From an uncultured Gemmatimonadaceae bacterium (lineage in GTDB: Bacteria > Gemmatimonadota > Gemmatimonadetes > Gemmatimonadales > Gemmatimonadaceae), in assembly GCA_963781585.1 (NCBI GenBank), contig CAWAGQ010000004.1, positions 864,001 through 928,000 on the forward strand: DNA of 64,000 nt, written 5' to 3'. The notes beneath the pieces are model-generated. The model made no database searches and was not told the DNA's origin. It was given only the letters and a program-made list of their open reading frames with translations. How positions within the stretch are numbered: the stretch's first letter is position 1; each line of letters opens with the position of its first letter. The position numbers and the translations under genes were made by a program. Shown piece after piece: positions 21,326 to 31,093 of the stretch.

Positions 21326-24300
21326 TTCGCTAGTTGCTCCATTGCGGACACGCGTTGAGTGATGTCACGGAACTCGAGGTCGATGGCAAACACCCGTTGA
21401 TAATAACGCAGGGCGTCCTCGTGGCGACCCATCTGCTCGCTGGCGAATCCGAGGAGGTACAGCACGCCAACCAACTGCTGCTCATCCGTGCCCTGGACAC
21501 TGATGGCTCGCTGCAGCAGAGCGGTCGCAATGGGATACTGCGTCTTCTCAACGAAGCACTGGCCAAGTGCCTCATATGCGCGGATGGAGTTGCTACTGCC
21601 GCGGAGGGCCTTCTGGAACTCAGCAATGGCCTCGTCCACCAGGCCCATTTCCTTGAACGCGACCCCCAGGTCGTAGTGGGCCTGATAGTCTTCGGCGTCG
21701 ACGTTCTCCGCGAGACCGCGCTTGAACCGACGCAGCAACTCGTCGAAATCCGCCTGCTCGTCGCCGGTGGGTCTGGAGTCGTCGACCACCATTCGCGTCG
21801 ATCGCGTCGGCTCGGTAGTGCGCAGCCACTCACCAAGATCGAGAAAGTCGCCGCCGTTTGCATCGCTGGGTGCCAGCAACGGGGCGCGGTTGAGGATCGG
21901 AGTGTCATGACGAACCTCCGCTCCCCGGCGCGACGGTGCCTCGGCAGCGTCCTCAGCGGGGACTGTTGTCACGTCCCCGTTGCTCGCCAATACCGCGGAT
22001 TCAGCCTCGGCGACCTCGCCTGAGGGTTCGGACGGCGCCTGCTCGTCCGCGCCGCGCTTCCCGTCCACGGTCGCGCCGGCGTCCGCTGCAACAGCTTCCT
22101 CCTCACCGGCCCCGGTCTCAGCGCTACGAAAGCCGACTTGCTCGGCCGCTTCCATCGCCTCCGGGGAGGCTTCCGCTGCCCGCTCCGGCTCGTCGGGACT
22201 CGCGCCCAGACTCTCCACGGGTTCCCCGAGGCTCTCTCGCGTCAATCCGTCCGCCATGGCGGGCGCTTCGATTTCTACCGACGGCTGCTCAGCGTCCACT
22301 GCGCGCAGGCGCCAGTCGTCTGCTGCCGCGTCCTGCGGTTCGGCGGCCGCGTTGCTGGGCTCCGCCTCGACTCGGGGCGACTCATCTGCGTCGGCGCTGG
22401 ACTGTGCGCCATCGACCGACAGCGGAGGCGCCTCGGGTAGTTCGACCGCTGCACCCGGCGAATCCGGTGCGTCGGTAGCCAGGTGCGTGAAGTCGACCGC
22501 CTCCACGCCCCATTCGGATGGTTCGGTCTCGTCACGCGTGGACTCACTTGCGTCGGCGGCGGGGGGCGAGCTGTCGACCGACGCGGGGCGCGATGCCGGG
22601 GCGGCATCGGAGCCTTCTTCTTCGCGCGCCGTTGGCTCGGCGGCTTCGGGCGCCTGCAGACTATAGGAGCCTTCTTCTTCGCGCGCCGGTGGCTCGGCGG
22701 CTTCGGGCGCCTGCAGGCTGCTGTCTGGTTCTGTGATCCTCAGAGACGTGGCCGTCTCTTCGCTGCCCACTGTCGACTCTGCATCGGCGCCCGAAGCCTC
22801 GCGCACGTCGTCCAGAGTCGCGTCGTCGTCCGTCTCGGACCCGTCCCGCATGGTTGGCGGCTCGGGTGGCCGCACGAAAGCACCGCCTTCCGGAATCGAG
22901 TCGAGCTCCTGCGACCATCCCGGCTGGTTCAGCGTGCCGCGCATCTGCTCGAGTTGATCCGGCGCCAGCGTCGCCATTGCGAAGAGCGCCCGGTCATTGT
23001 TCGGGTTGAGCTCGAGCACCCGTGTGTAGACCGTGATCGACCGATCGCCGGCTCCCGTGCGAAACAGCGTGTCGGCGAGCTCGAGGTACGCATCGATGAG
23101 ACGCGGCCGGTCATGCGAACGAACCGCGAACTCCACCCGCTTCTGGTGGTGTCGCACGGATGTCGGAAGAACGCGGATTATCTCATCCACAATCTCCTGG
23201 GCATGCTCGAGCTGCCCGGAGAGCTCGTAGCCGGCCATTGCGAGTTCGAGCTCGTACAGTCCCTCGTCGCGATTCCCCACATCGAGGAGCGCTTCACCAA
23301 GCTGCCTCCGCAACATCCAGTTCTCTGGATCGAGGTCGAGCCGGCTGCGGAGTTGTCCCTCTGCTCCGCCGAACGACGCCACGAGACGCGGTTCCCGGGA
23401 TGGTTCCCTGGGACCAGTGGCATCGGATGGTTCGACTGAATCCTCCGTTCCCGATGATTCAGTAGGCACCTCCGGAGTCGGGCTTTCCGGCGAGTCTATC
23501 AGTCCCTGGAAGCCGTCCGGCAGCGGTGCCTCGACGCGTTCCTCGCTGGCGTCGTCGGAATCTTCCTGGAGGCGAGCATGATCCGGCTCCTCATCGGCCA
23601 CGCGCGCCGAATCGCCGTCGCGCCTCCGGTCGCGGAGGAGCTTTCGGCGATTACGGCGACTGGTCTTCCCTTCAAGTGGCGCCGCGGCCTCGGAGAGCAC
23701 TTCGTCTGACAGTCCCGGAATTGGCGGAAATACCGGGCCGTCGGTGACGTCCTCTTCGCCGAACGAGGGCGACGCACCCAGCAGCTCGTCCGCGTTCCCC
23801 ACCTGAACGCCGTCGACGGGTGATGCTTCGGAGGTGTCGACGGACTCCGAGTTCTCCATCGTCAGATCGGGCGACGAGGGGTCCGTTTGATGGTCGCGAG
23901 CTGCATCGTCAAAGCTCACGCCGAGTGGCGTCTCCTCGACCGCCCCCGCGTTGAGTACCTCCGACAAGCCGGTGTTCTCATCCTCGAGCGCCGCCTCCTC
24001 TCGCGCGAGTTCCGCGTCCGATGGCGCACGGAACGGGCTGGTGGCCTCGACTGCTTCTTCGTTGGACTCGATGGACTCCGACTCGGGCGGTGTACCCATC
24101 GCAGGCGGAGCGCCCAGATGTGGCAGGTCCGTCAGAAGCGCCAAGTCGTGTGTGCGGGGCTCCGACGAGCGGACAGCTTCCGCCAACTCGAGGTCGGCGA
24201 ACTCGATTCCGGTCAGGACGGACTGGCCCGCAGCGTTGAGGGGGAGGCTGCCGTTCGCTTCGACGCGTGCCGGTGTCTCCAGTTCCGCGACGTCCGTCGC

Positions 24301-25356
24301 GTCCGCGGGAGCCTCGACAAGCGAGCCCTCCGAAGCGTCGCCTGCGGCGTCGAAATCCACCGGGGTGGGAGCGGGCACGGCCTCGAACTCTCCGGTTCGT
24401 TCCGTGACGCCCGAGGGAATGTCCAGCGACGCCGCTTCCGCGGCCAGATCAGTGGCCTGGAACCCGGCGGCCACCTCCATCTCGATGGCGGCGGGCGGCT
24501 CGTCCGCGGGCGGAACGGACATTGCCGCCGGGGTCTCCGCCGGGTGCTCGCTCTCGGAGCCCGGCAGAAAGGTGAGCATCAGCCCTTCCAGCGCGGGTAC
24601 ATTGGGCTGGATGACCGGGGTGACAGGTCGGGCCGCCGGCGGCGTATTCACCATTGTCGGCGACCGGCCCTCGGCCTCCGAGAGGTCGAGGAATACGAGA
24701 TCGTTCGGTCGCTGGGTCCGATGGGTGCCTGACGAGCGGGGAAGTACGCTGGGGTCGATCGCCTTCATCCGATCGACGGTCGCGCGGGCCTCGGCGCTGC
24801 GGCCTTCGCTCTCGAGCTTTTCGTACAGGGACTGCAGTTGCTCGAGGGCTTCGTCCTTCCGGTTTTCCTTCGAGAGCTGTTCGGCGAGGATCAGCCGGAC
24901 ATCATCCTGATCGGGGAACAGCGACGCGAACTCCTTGAGGACGCGGAGAGCCTCGTCGGTATTTCCGCCGCGTTGCATACGGTCGGCGTACTCGAGAAAG
25001 TTCTTGCGGGCGTCACTCTTGAAACCCTTGCTCGCGCTGATCTTCCCGAGCTTGTAGTAGACCGCGGTTCGTCCGGGCGACTGCCGCAGGATCTTGTTAC
25101 AGAGCGCGATGGCATTGTTGAGATAGCCGCGCTCCGCGTACATGTCCACGGCGCGCTCATAATAGCCGAGCGCATCGCTCGTTCGTCCCTGCCGCATCAG
25201 CAGATCGCCGACGCGGTTGAACAGAGGCACATCGGCGTCATCCAGGTCGTGCGAGTTGTCATCGAGCACCTGGATGTACAGCTCGAGGGCCTTGTCGAGC
25301 TGACGCTTTTGCTCGTACTCCGCTGCGCGCTTCCTGAGCTTCGGCAGCATGGACAT
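21322..25356 (-). CDS. giant TPR protein (~1344 aa) with acidic disordered linkers
   Basis: N-terminal TPR array, central TPR block, C-terminal TPRs (DYQAHYDLGVAFKEMGLVDEAIAEFQKA), separated by Glu/Asp/Ala/Pro-rich linkers. Start at MSMLPK has a GGAG SD. Confidence 0.82.
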   Translation of the reverse strand: MSMLPKLRKRAAEYEQKRQLDKALELYIQVLDDNSHDLDDADVPLFNRVGDLLMRQGRTSDALGYYERAVDMYAERGYLNNAIALCNKILRQSPGRTAVYYKLGKISASKGFKSDARKNFLEYADRMQRGGNTDEALRVLKEFASLFPDQDDVRLILAEQLSKENRKDEALEQLQSLYEKLESEGRSAEARATVDRMKAIDPSVLPRSSGTHRTQRPNDLVFLDLSEAEGRSPTMVNTPPAARPVTPVIQPNVPALEGLMLTFLPGSESEHPAETPAAMSVPPADEPPAAIEMEVAAGFQATDLAAEAASLDIPSGVTERTGEFEAVPAPTPVDFDAAGDASEGSLVEAPADATDVAELETPARVEANGSLPLNAAGQSVLTGIEFADLELAEAVRSSEPRTHDLALLTDLPHLGAPPAMGTPPESESIESNEEAVEATSPFRAPSDAELAREEAALEDENTGLSEVLNAGAVEETPLGVSFDDAARDHQTDPSSPDLTMENSESVDTSEASPVDGVQVGNADELLGASPSFGEEDVTDGPVFPPIPGLSDEVLSEAAAPLEGKTSRRNRRKLLRDRRRDGDSARVADEEPDHARLQEDSDDASEERVEAPLPDGFQGLIDSPESPTPEVPTESSGTEDSVEPSDATGPREPSREPRLVASFGGAEGQLRSRLDLDPENWMLRRQLGEALLDVGNRDEGLYELELAMAGYELSGQLEHAQEIVDEIIRVLPTSVRHHQKRVEFAVRSHDRPRLIDAYLELADTLFRTGAGDRSITVYTRVLELNPNNDRALFAMATLAPDQLEQMRGTLNQPGWSQELDSIPEGGAFVRPPEPPTMRDGSETDDDATLDDVREASGADAESTVGSEETATSLRITEPDSSLQAPEAAEPPAREEEGSYSLQAPEAAEPTAREEEGSDAAPASRPASVDSSPPAADASESTRDETEPSEWGVEAVDFTHLATDAPDSPGAAVELPEAPPLSVDGAQSSADADESPRVEAEPSNAAAEPQDAAADDWRLRAVDAEQPSVEIEAPAMADGLTRESLGEPVESLGASPDEPERAAEASPEAMEAAEQVGFRSAETGAGEEEAVAADAGATVDGKRGADEQAPSEPSGEVAEAESAVLASNGDVTTVPAEDAAEAPSRRGAEVRHDTPILNRAPLLAPSDANGGDFLDLGEWLRTTEPTRSTRMVVDDSRPTGDEQADFDELLRRFKRGLAENVDAEDYQAHYDLGVAFKEMGLVDEAIAEFQKALRGSSNSIRAYEALGQCFVEKTQYPIATALLQRAISVQGTDEQQLVGVLYLLGFASEQMGRHEDALRYYQRVFAIDLEFRDITQRVSAMEQLAK
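22609..22719. repeat. 57-bp tandem duplication inside the TPR gene
   Basis: ggagccttcttcttcgcgcgccg(t/g)tggctcggcggcttcgggcgcctgcag at 22609 and 22666. Encodes SLQAPEAAEP(P/T)AREEEGS twice. Confidence 0.9.
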
Positions 25357-25423
25357 CAGGCCGCTCCGCGCTGACGGGCACTGGAGGCGGATAACCCGCG
25401 ATGGAGCACGAAACGCAACAGTT

Positions 25424-26710
25424 TCACGTGGCGGTGTGCCCCGGCTCGCCGCGGACCCACGTGGCACGGCAGCGGCGGTCACCGTACCAGTACGGTATCT
25501 CCCGCACGTCTTCGCATTCGAAGAGCGCGAGGTCGGCGGAGAAGCCCGGGGCGATCTGCCCGGTCTCCTGCGCCAGATCGAGAGCGGCTGCGCCGTTCAC
25601 GGTGGCAGCGAGCACGGCTTCAGCGGCGGAAAAGTGGAGTTGGCTCACGGCGAGAGCGAGAATCAGCGGAAAATTCGGCGTCGGTGAAGTTCCCGGATTG
25701 AAGTCCGTCGCAAGCGCAACCGCGGCGCCCGCGTCCAGCAGCGCGCGCGCGGGCGCCTGTTTGTTCTTGCCCAGAAACAGCATGGTACCTGGAAGGAGCG
25801 TGGCGACCGTTGCCGATGCCGCCAGCGCGCGCACACCACCATCCGAGATGGCCGCCAGGTGGTCCGCGGACGTCGCCCCCATCTCGGCGGCGAGCTCCGC
25901 TCCGCCGGAAGGTTGCAACTCGTCGGCGTGGAGCTTGAGGCCAAGCCCCGCGGTCCGCGCCGCCAAGAGTATCGTCCGCGTTTCTTCAACTGTGAACACG
26001 CCCGGCTCGCAGAACACATCCACGAAGCGCGCGAGATCGGCAGCCGCCACCTGCGGAACCATCTCATGGACGAGCAACCCAACGTAATCGGAACGGCCGC
26101 CAGAAGTTGCGCGCGCCTCCTGCGGGATCTCGTGCGCTCCCAGAAAGGTGGGGATCAGTCGGAGCGGCATCGCCTGCTGCAGGCGGGCGAGGACGCGCAG
26201 CATCTTGAGCTCGTCGGGGAGCGTAAGTCCATAGCCGGACTTGACTTCTATGGTTGTAGCACCGTAGCTCGCGAGACGTCGCAGTCTCGACCGAGCAAGA
26301 GTGAACAGTTCGTCCTCGGTTCTGTGACGCAGATCGCGAACCGACGCGTGAATCCCGCCACCGCGGCGCGCGATCTCCATGTAGTCGAGTCCCGCCGCCC
26401 GCTGCTCCTGCTCCTCGTGGCGCGGCTTGCCGAAGATGGCGTGCGTGTGCGAGTCCACCAGCCCCGGCATCAGCACGCCGCCGGCGCAGTCGACCTGCTC
26501 CGCCGTTGGAAAACGGTGCGTCATCTCACCCGCCGATCCCACACCGGCGATCCGCGCGCCGACCACCGCGACGGCGGCATCCCTGATCACCGCGGCGTCA
26601 CGCATCTCGGGACCTCGGCGCGCGCGCGGGGGCCCGGCGCAGGTCACCACTTGCGCGGCGTTGACGAAGACAAGCGATCGAGACGGCGCTCCGCCGGCGA
26701 CCGCGCTCAT
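25424..26710 (-). CDS. hutI: imidazolonepropionase
   Basis: PGLVDSHTH, EVKSGYGL, TFLGAH, DVFCEPGVF, HADEL, SADHL, ATDFNPG. Confidence 0.96.
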   Translation of the reverse strand: MSAVAGGAPSRSLVFVNAAQVVTCAGPPRARRGPEMRDAAVIRDAAVAVVGARIAGVGSAGEMTHRFPTAEQVDCAGGVLMPGLVDSHTHAIFGKPRHEEQEQRAAGLDYMEIARRGGGIHASVRDLRHRTEDELFTLARSRLRRLASYGATTIEVKSGYGLTLPDELKMLRVLARLQQAMPLRLIPTFLGAHEIPQEARATSGGRSDYVGLLVHEMVPQVAAADLARFVDVFCEPGVFTVEETRTILLAARTAGLGLKLHADELQPSGGAELAAEMGATSADHLAAISDGGVRALAASATVATLLPGTMLFLGKNKQAPARALLDAGAAVALATDFNPGTSPTPNFPLILALAVSQLHFSAAEAVLAATVNGAAALDLAQETGQIAPGFSADLALFECEDVREIPYWYGDRRCRATWVRGEPGHTAT

Positions 26711-27678
26711 GCCATTACGTCCCGCACGCGCGACAGGCGCAGGGGCGCCTGCGCTTCGCCGCGACACGCGTACCAGCACCGATCACAGTCGATCGGCTCA
26801 TACGCCTTGAACTCCGTCCAGTGAAAGTCCGTGGGAAAGTCGGGACATCGCTTCACACGACCCGACGGATCGATGTGGATGGTCCGAATGCCGGACCGGC
26901 ACGGTTCGCGCATCTCGCCGCGGAGGTATCGGGGAATCTGTTCGAGATAGTAGTCAGAGTTGGTGATCACGCCGCGACGACGACGCTTGAAGTCCAGGAG
27001 CTCGCGTACAACCTCGGAGGCACGATCGATCTGTCCGTTCTGCAGAAGCCAGGTCCGGTTGCCATTCTTGAAGTCGGTGTAGACACTGAAGTTCACGCCG
27101 CACCCGAGCTCCGTCGCAACCCTGACGATCTCCGCAATCTGGTCGAGATTGTCGTTCCGGATCACCGTGTTGAAGCGAATGGCATCGATGCCGTCGGCGC
27201 GCATTGCGGCGACCGTGGACAGGATCTTTGCCGTCAGGCCGCGGATGCCGCGGGCCGCATCGTGTCGCCCGTCCAGGTAGTCGAGCGAAATGTTGAACTG
27301 GCTGATTCCGGCGCGCCACAACGAGCGCGCCCGCTCGACGGTCAGCAGTCCGCCGTGGGTCAGGAGAATGAGGTACTTGATGCGGATCGCCTCGTGGACG
27401 GCACGCACAAGCTGCTCGAGGTCGCGTCGCAGGAGCGGTTCGCCTCCGGTGAACGTCACCATCATCGGGTTGAAGCTCCGCGCCGCGTCCGCGAAGGTCG
27501 CCATCTCGTTCGCTTTCTCCTCCGCCGGGGTCTTCCAGTAGTCGCAGAAGCCGCATCGGGCGTTGCAGCGCAGCGTGACTTCGAAGTTCACGAGTACCGG
27601 GCGCCGGCGAACAGCCAGCCAGGCGTACTTGGCCAGAAACAGTGGGACGTGATAGGGCTTGAACCGGGACGAGAGCAT
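26707..27678 (-). CDS. radical SAM protein with C-terminal Cys-rich (twitch/SPASM-like) domain
   Basis: CNARCGFC (CX3CX2C), TGGEPLLR, ISLD, C-terminal CRSG...IDPSGRVKRC...CDRCWYAC. Confidence 0.9.
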   Translation of the reverse strand: MLSSRFKPYHVPLFLAKYAWLAVRRRPVLVNFEVTLRCNARCGFCDYWKTPAEEKANEMATFADAARSFNPMMVTFTGGEPLLRRDLEQLVRAVHEAIRIKYLILLTHGGLLTVERARSLWRAGISQFNISLDYLDGRHDAARGIRGLTAKILSTVAAMRADGIDAIRFNTVIRNDNLDQIAEIVRVATELGCGVNFSVYTDFKNGNRTWLLQNGQIDRASEVVRELLDFKRRRRGVITNSDYYLEQIPRYLRGEMREPCRSGIRTIHIDPSGRVKRCPDFPTDFHWTEFKAYEPIDCDRCWYACRGEAQAPLRLSRVRDVMA

Positions 27679-27764
27679 GGGTTAACCAGGGCGGTGCGAT
27701 GAGAGGAGGCGTTGGCGCGAGAACCGGCGATCACCCGTCCGGCGCCGCGGAGGAGCTGCCGAGT

Positions 27765-29456
27765 CTATTCGAACTCGGTCATCGGCGTTCGAATGCCTTC
27801 TTTACGCGCCGTCTCGACCGCGATCTCGTAGCCGGCATCCACGTGTCGCGCCACACCGATGCCCGGGTCGTTGGTCAGGACCCGTTCCAGACGCTCGCGC
27901 ATCTCCGGGGTGCCATCTGCTACGATGACCTGGCCGGCATGCAGGGAATTGCCGATCCCCACACCACCGCCATGGTGGAACGATACCCATGACGCACCAC
28001 TGGCGACGTTGAGCATTGCGTTGAGAATCGGCCAGTCCGCGATAGCGTCACTGCCGTCGCGCATCGCTTCCGTTTCGCGGAAGGGTGATGCCACGCTGCC
28101 GGTATCGAGGTGGTCCCGGCCGATCACGATGGGCGCGCTCAGCTCGCCTCGCGCCACGAGGTCGTTGAGCGCGACGCCGAAGCGCGCCCTCTGCCCCTGT
28201 CCGAGCCAGCAGATGCGTGCCGGTAGCCCCTGGAACTGGATCTTCTCACGGGCCAGGGTGATCCAGCGCCGCAGGTGCTCGTCGTCGCCGAACAACTCGA
28301 GGACGAGTTCATCGGTGCGATAGATGTCGGCCGGGTCGCCTGACAGCGCCACCCAGCGGAATGGCCCCTTCCCCTCGCAGAAGAGGGGCCGGATGTACGC
28401 CGGCACGAATCCCGGAAAGTCGAACGCGTTCTGCAGGCCGGCGTCGAACGCCACGGTCCGGATATTGTTGCCATAGTCGAAGGTCACTGCGCCACGCCGC
28501 TGCATCTCGAGCATCGCCGAGACGTGTACCACGATCGACGCCGACGCGCGCTCGACGTACGCACGGGGATCCCGCGCCCGCAGCGCGCGCGCCGCGTCCA
28601 GCGTCATGCCGTTCGGCACGTACCCGTTGAGCGTATCGTGCGCGCTGGTCTGATCGGTGAGCACATCCGGCGTGACGCCGCGCCGCACCAGCTCGGGCAG
28701 CACATCGGCGGCGTTGCCAACCAGCCCGACCGACAGCGGGGTGCGGGCGTCGCGCGCCGCGGCGATCCACTGCAGGGCTTCGTCCAGCGAACGGGTCATG
28801 CGATCGCAGTACCGTGTGGTGAGTCGCTTGTCCACACGCGTCTCGTCCACCTCGACCGCCAGCATCACGCCGCCGCACATGCTCGCGGCCAGCGGTTGCG
28901 CCCCGCCCATGCCGCCCAGTCCTGCCGTCAGCACGAACCGACCGGCCAGCGAGCCGCCGAAATGCTCTCGCGCGACGGCGCCGAAAGTCTCGTAGGTGCC
29001 CTGGATGATCCCCTGGGATCCGATGTAGATCCAGGATCCCGCCGTCATCTGCCCGTACATGATGAGGCCCCTGCGTTCCAGCTCGCGAAAGACGTCCCAG
29101 GTGGCCCACCGGCCGACCAGGTTGCTGTTGGCGATCAGCACGCGTGGCGCTCCGGAGTGCGTGCGGAAGACGCCGACCGGCTTCCCGCTCTGCACCAACA
29201 TGGTCTCGTCGTTGTCGAGGGTGCGGAGCGTGCGCACGATGGCATCGAACGCCTCCCACGACCGGGCGGCGCGCCCCGTGCCGCCATAAACCACGAGGTC
29301 ATCCGGACGCTCGGCGACGTCCGGGTCGAGGTTGTTCATGATCATTCGCAGCGCCGCTTCCTGCTGCCAGCTGCGGCACGAGATCCGCGGTCCGCGTGGG
29401 GCGCGCACTTCACGGGCCCCACTCGCACATGTCGCGCTGGGAGACATCGTCGCCAT
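27765..29456 (-). CDS. hutU: urocanate hydratase
   Basis: [47 protein letters not shown]. Confidence 0.98.
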   Translation of the reverse strand: MATMSPSATCASGAREVRAPRGPRISCRSWQQEAALRMIMNNLDPDVAERPDDLVVYGGTGRAARSWEAFDAIVRTLRTLDNDETMLVQSGKPVGVFRTHSGAPRVLIANSNLVGRWATWDVFRELERRGLIMYGQMTAGSWIYIGSQGIIQGTYETFGAVAREHFGGSLAGRFVLTAGLGGMGGAQPLAASMCGGVMLAVEVDETRVDKRLTTRYCDRMTRSLDEALQWIAAARDARTPLSVGLVGNAADVLPELVRRGVTPDVLTDQTSAHDTLNGYVPNGMTLDAARALRARDPRAYVERASASIVVHVSAMLEMQRRGAVTFDYGNNIRTVAFDAGLQNAFDFPGFVPAYIRPLFCEGKGPFRWVALSGDPADIYRTDELVLELFGDDEHLRRWITLAREKIQFQGLPARICWLGQGQRARFGVALNDLVARGELSAPIVIGRDHLDTGSVASPFRETEAMRDGSDAIADWPILNAMLNVASGASWVSFHHGGGVGIGNSLHAGQVIVADGTPEMRERLERVLTNDPGIGVARHVDAGYEIAVETARKEGIRTPMTEFE

Positions 29457-29535
29457 CACCTGCTCCTCCAGGCGGACTGACGCCTCTCCGCCACATTCGG
29501 GAAAACCTGCGCCGGTCTGCGGACCTGCGTGCCCA

Positions 29536-31050
29536 TCAATCGGCCGCCACCGCGAACCGGCCCGCCGCAATAGCCGCGGCGACCATGGCGATGTCGGGCG
29601 CAAGGGAGCGGTCGCGCTGCAGGGTGCGCACCATGCCGCGCATCTCGCGGTGTGCACGCTCGACGCCGGCGCCGGCGCGCAGCGGACGGCGGTAGTCGAT
29701 CCCCTGCATGGCGCAGAGCAGCTCGATCGCCAATACGTGACGTACATTGTGCACGATCCGGCGCAACTTCCACGCTCCGCCCATCGCCATCGGAACCACG
29801 TCCTCCTTGCCGCCGTCGGTGGGGATGGAATCCACGCTCGCCGGGTGGGAAAGCAACTTGCACTCGCTGGTGAGCGCGGCTGCCGTAACCTGCGTCATCA
29901 TGAAGCCGGAGCTGACGCCGGCGTCCGTGGTCAGAAACGGCGGCAGCCCCTGATTGAGGTCGGGATGCACCAGCCGGTCGATGCGGCGCTCGGAGATTAC
30001 CGCGAGATTGGTGAGCGCGATCGCGAGCACGTCCATGGCGAGCGCCACCGGTTGCCCGTGAAAGTTCCCGCCGCTGAGCATGACGCCGTCGCCGAAGACG
30101 AGCGGATTGTCGGTGGCCGCGTTCAGCTCACGCGCCACGATGTCCTGGACGAAGTGAATCGCGTCGGACACCGGCCCGTGCACCTGCGGCATGCAGCGTA
30201 GCGCATACGCGTCCTGCACCCGCGGATCGTTGTACCGGTGCGATTCGCGGATCTCGCTGTCGGCAAGGAGGCGCATCAGAAGCGCGGCCGAACGCTGCTG
30301 ACCCACCTGTCCACGTACGTCATGAATTCGCGGGTCGAACGCCACCGGCGTGCCGAGGAGCGCCTCGAGCGACGCTGCCCCCGCGACGTGCGCCGTCTCC
30401 CATAATGTCGTCGCGTCGGTCAACGAAAGTGACGCGATGGCGGTGTGCGCCTGGGTTCCGTTGACGAGTGCGACGCCTTCCTTTGGCGCGAGGGACACCG
30501 GGGCGAGCCCCGCCGCCTTCAGCATGTCCAGCGCCGGACCGCGGTCCCCACCGCGAAAGAGGTCCCCTTCCCCAACCAGAGCCAGTGCCAGGTGGGACAG
30601 GGGCGCCAGGTCTCCGCTCGCGCCTACGCTCCCCTGCTCCGGGATGGGCGGATACAGCCCCGTGTTCAGCATGCCGGCCAGGAGTTCAACGAGCGCGGGA
30701 CGCACCCCCGAGTAGCCTTTGGCCAGTACGTTGGCGCGGAGCAGCATCATGGCGCGGGTCTCGTCTTCGGCCAGCAGCGGGCCGACCCCCACCGCGTGCG
30801 ATCGCACCAGGTTCATCTGGAGATCGACCAGCCGGTCGTGTGGGATCGCGACGTCGGACAACTTGCCGAATCCCGTGGTCACGCCGTACACCGCCTCGTT
30901 GCGCTCGAGCTTGCCGTCCACGATAGCCCGCGTACGAAGCATCTGTGCGCGGGCCGCGTCGCTCAGAGCGACGGGGGCCCGGTCGCGCGCCACGCGCGCA
31001 ACCGCACTGATGGAGAGGGAGTCGCCGTCGATGACGATCGAGGCTGGCAT
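29536..31050 (-). CDS. hutH: histidine ammonia-lyase
   Basis: [21 protein letters not shown] (MIO ASG), [17 protein letters not shown]. Confidence 0.97.
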   Translation of the reverse strand: MPASIVIDGDSLSISAVARVARDRAPVALSDAARAQMLRTRAIVDGKLERNEAVYGVTTGFGKLSDVAIPHDRLVDLQMNLVRSHAVGVGPLLAEDETRAMMLLRANVLAKGYSGVRPALVELLAGMLNTGLYPPIPEQGSVGASGDLAPLSHLALALVGEGDLFRGGDRGPALDMLKAAGLAPVSLAPKEGVALVNGTQAHTAIASLSLTDATTLWETAHVAGAASLEALLGTPVAFDPRIHDVRGQVGQQRSAALLMRLLADSEIRESHRYNDPRVQDAYALRCMPQVHGPVSDAIHFVQDIVARELNAATDNPLVFGDGVMLSGGNFHGQPVALAMDVLAIALTNLAVISERRIDRLVHPDLNQGLPPFLTTDAGVSSGFMMTQVTAAALTSECKLLSHPASVDSIPTDGGKEDVVPMAMGGAWKLRRIVHNVRHVLAIELLCAMQGIDYRRPLRAGAGVERAHREMRGMVRTLQRDRSLAPDIAMVAAAIAAGRFAVAAD

Positions 31051-31056
31051 GGGGGG

Positions 31057-31085
31057 AATGTCGAGATCCCCCACGCGCAATTCAA
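31057..31085 (-). promoter_or_regulatory. putative promoter of a leaderless hutH transcript
   Basis: TTGAAT-N17-GACATT-N6-ATG. The -10 is imperfect. Confidence 0.35.
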
Positions 31086-31093
31086 GGAGTCCC

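Noticed and set aside
27765..29747. N-terminal extensions in the ORF track (hutU, lptD, MFS, tsaB, PHP phosphatase, wbpD and others)
   Set aside because: They overlap upstream genes and lack family similarity. Starts were trimmed to coupled or SD-supported codons.
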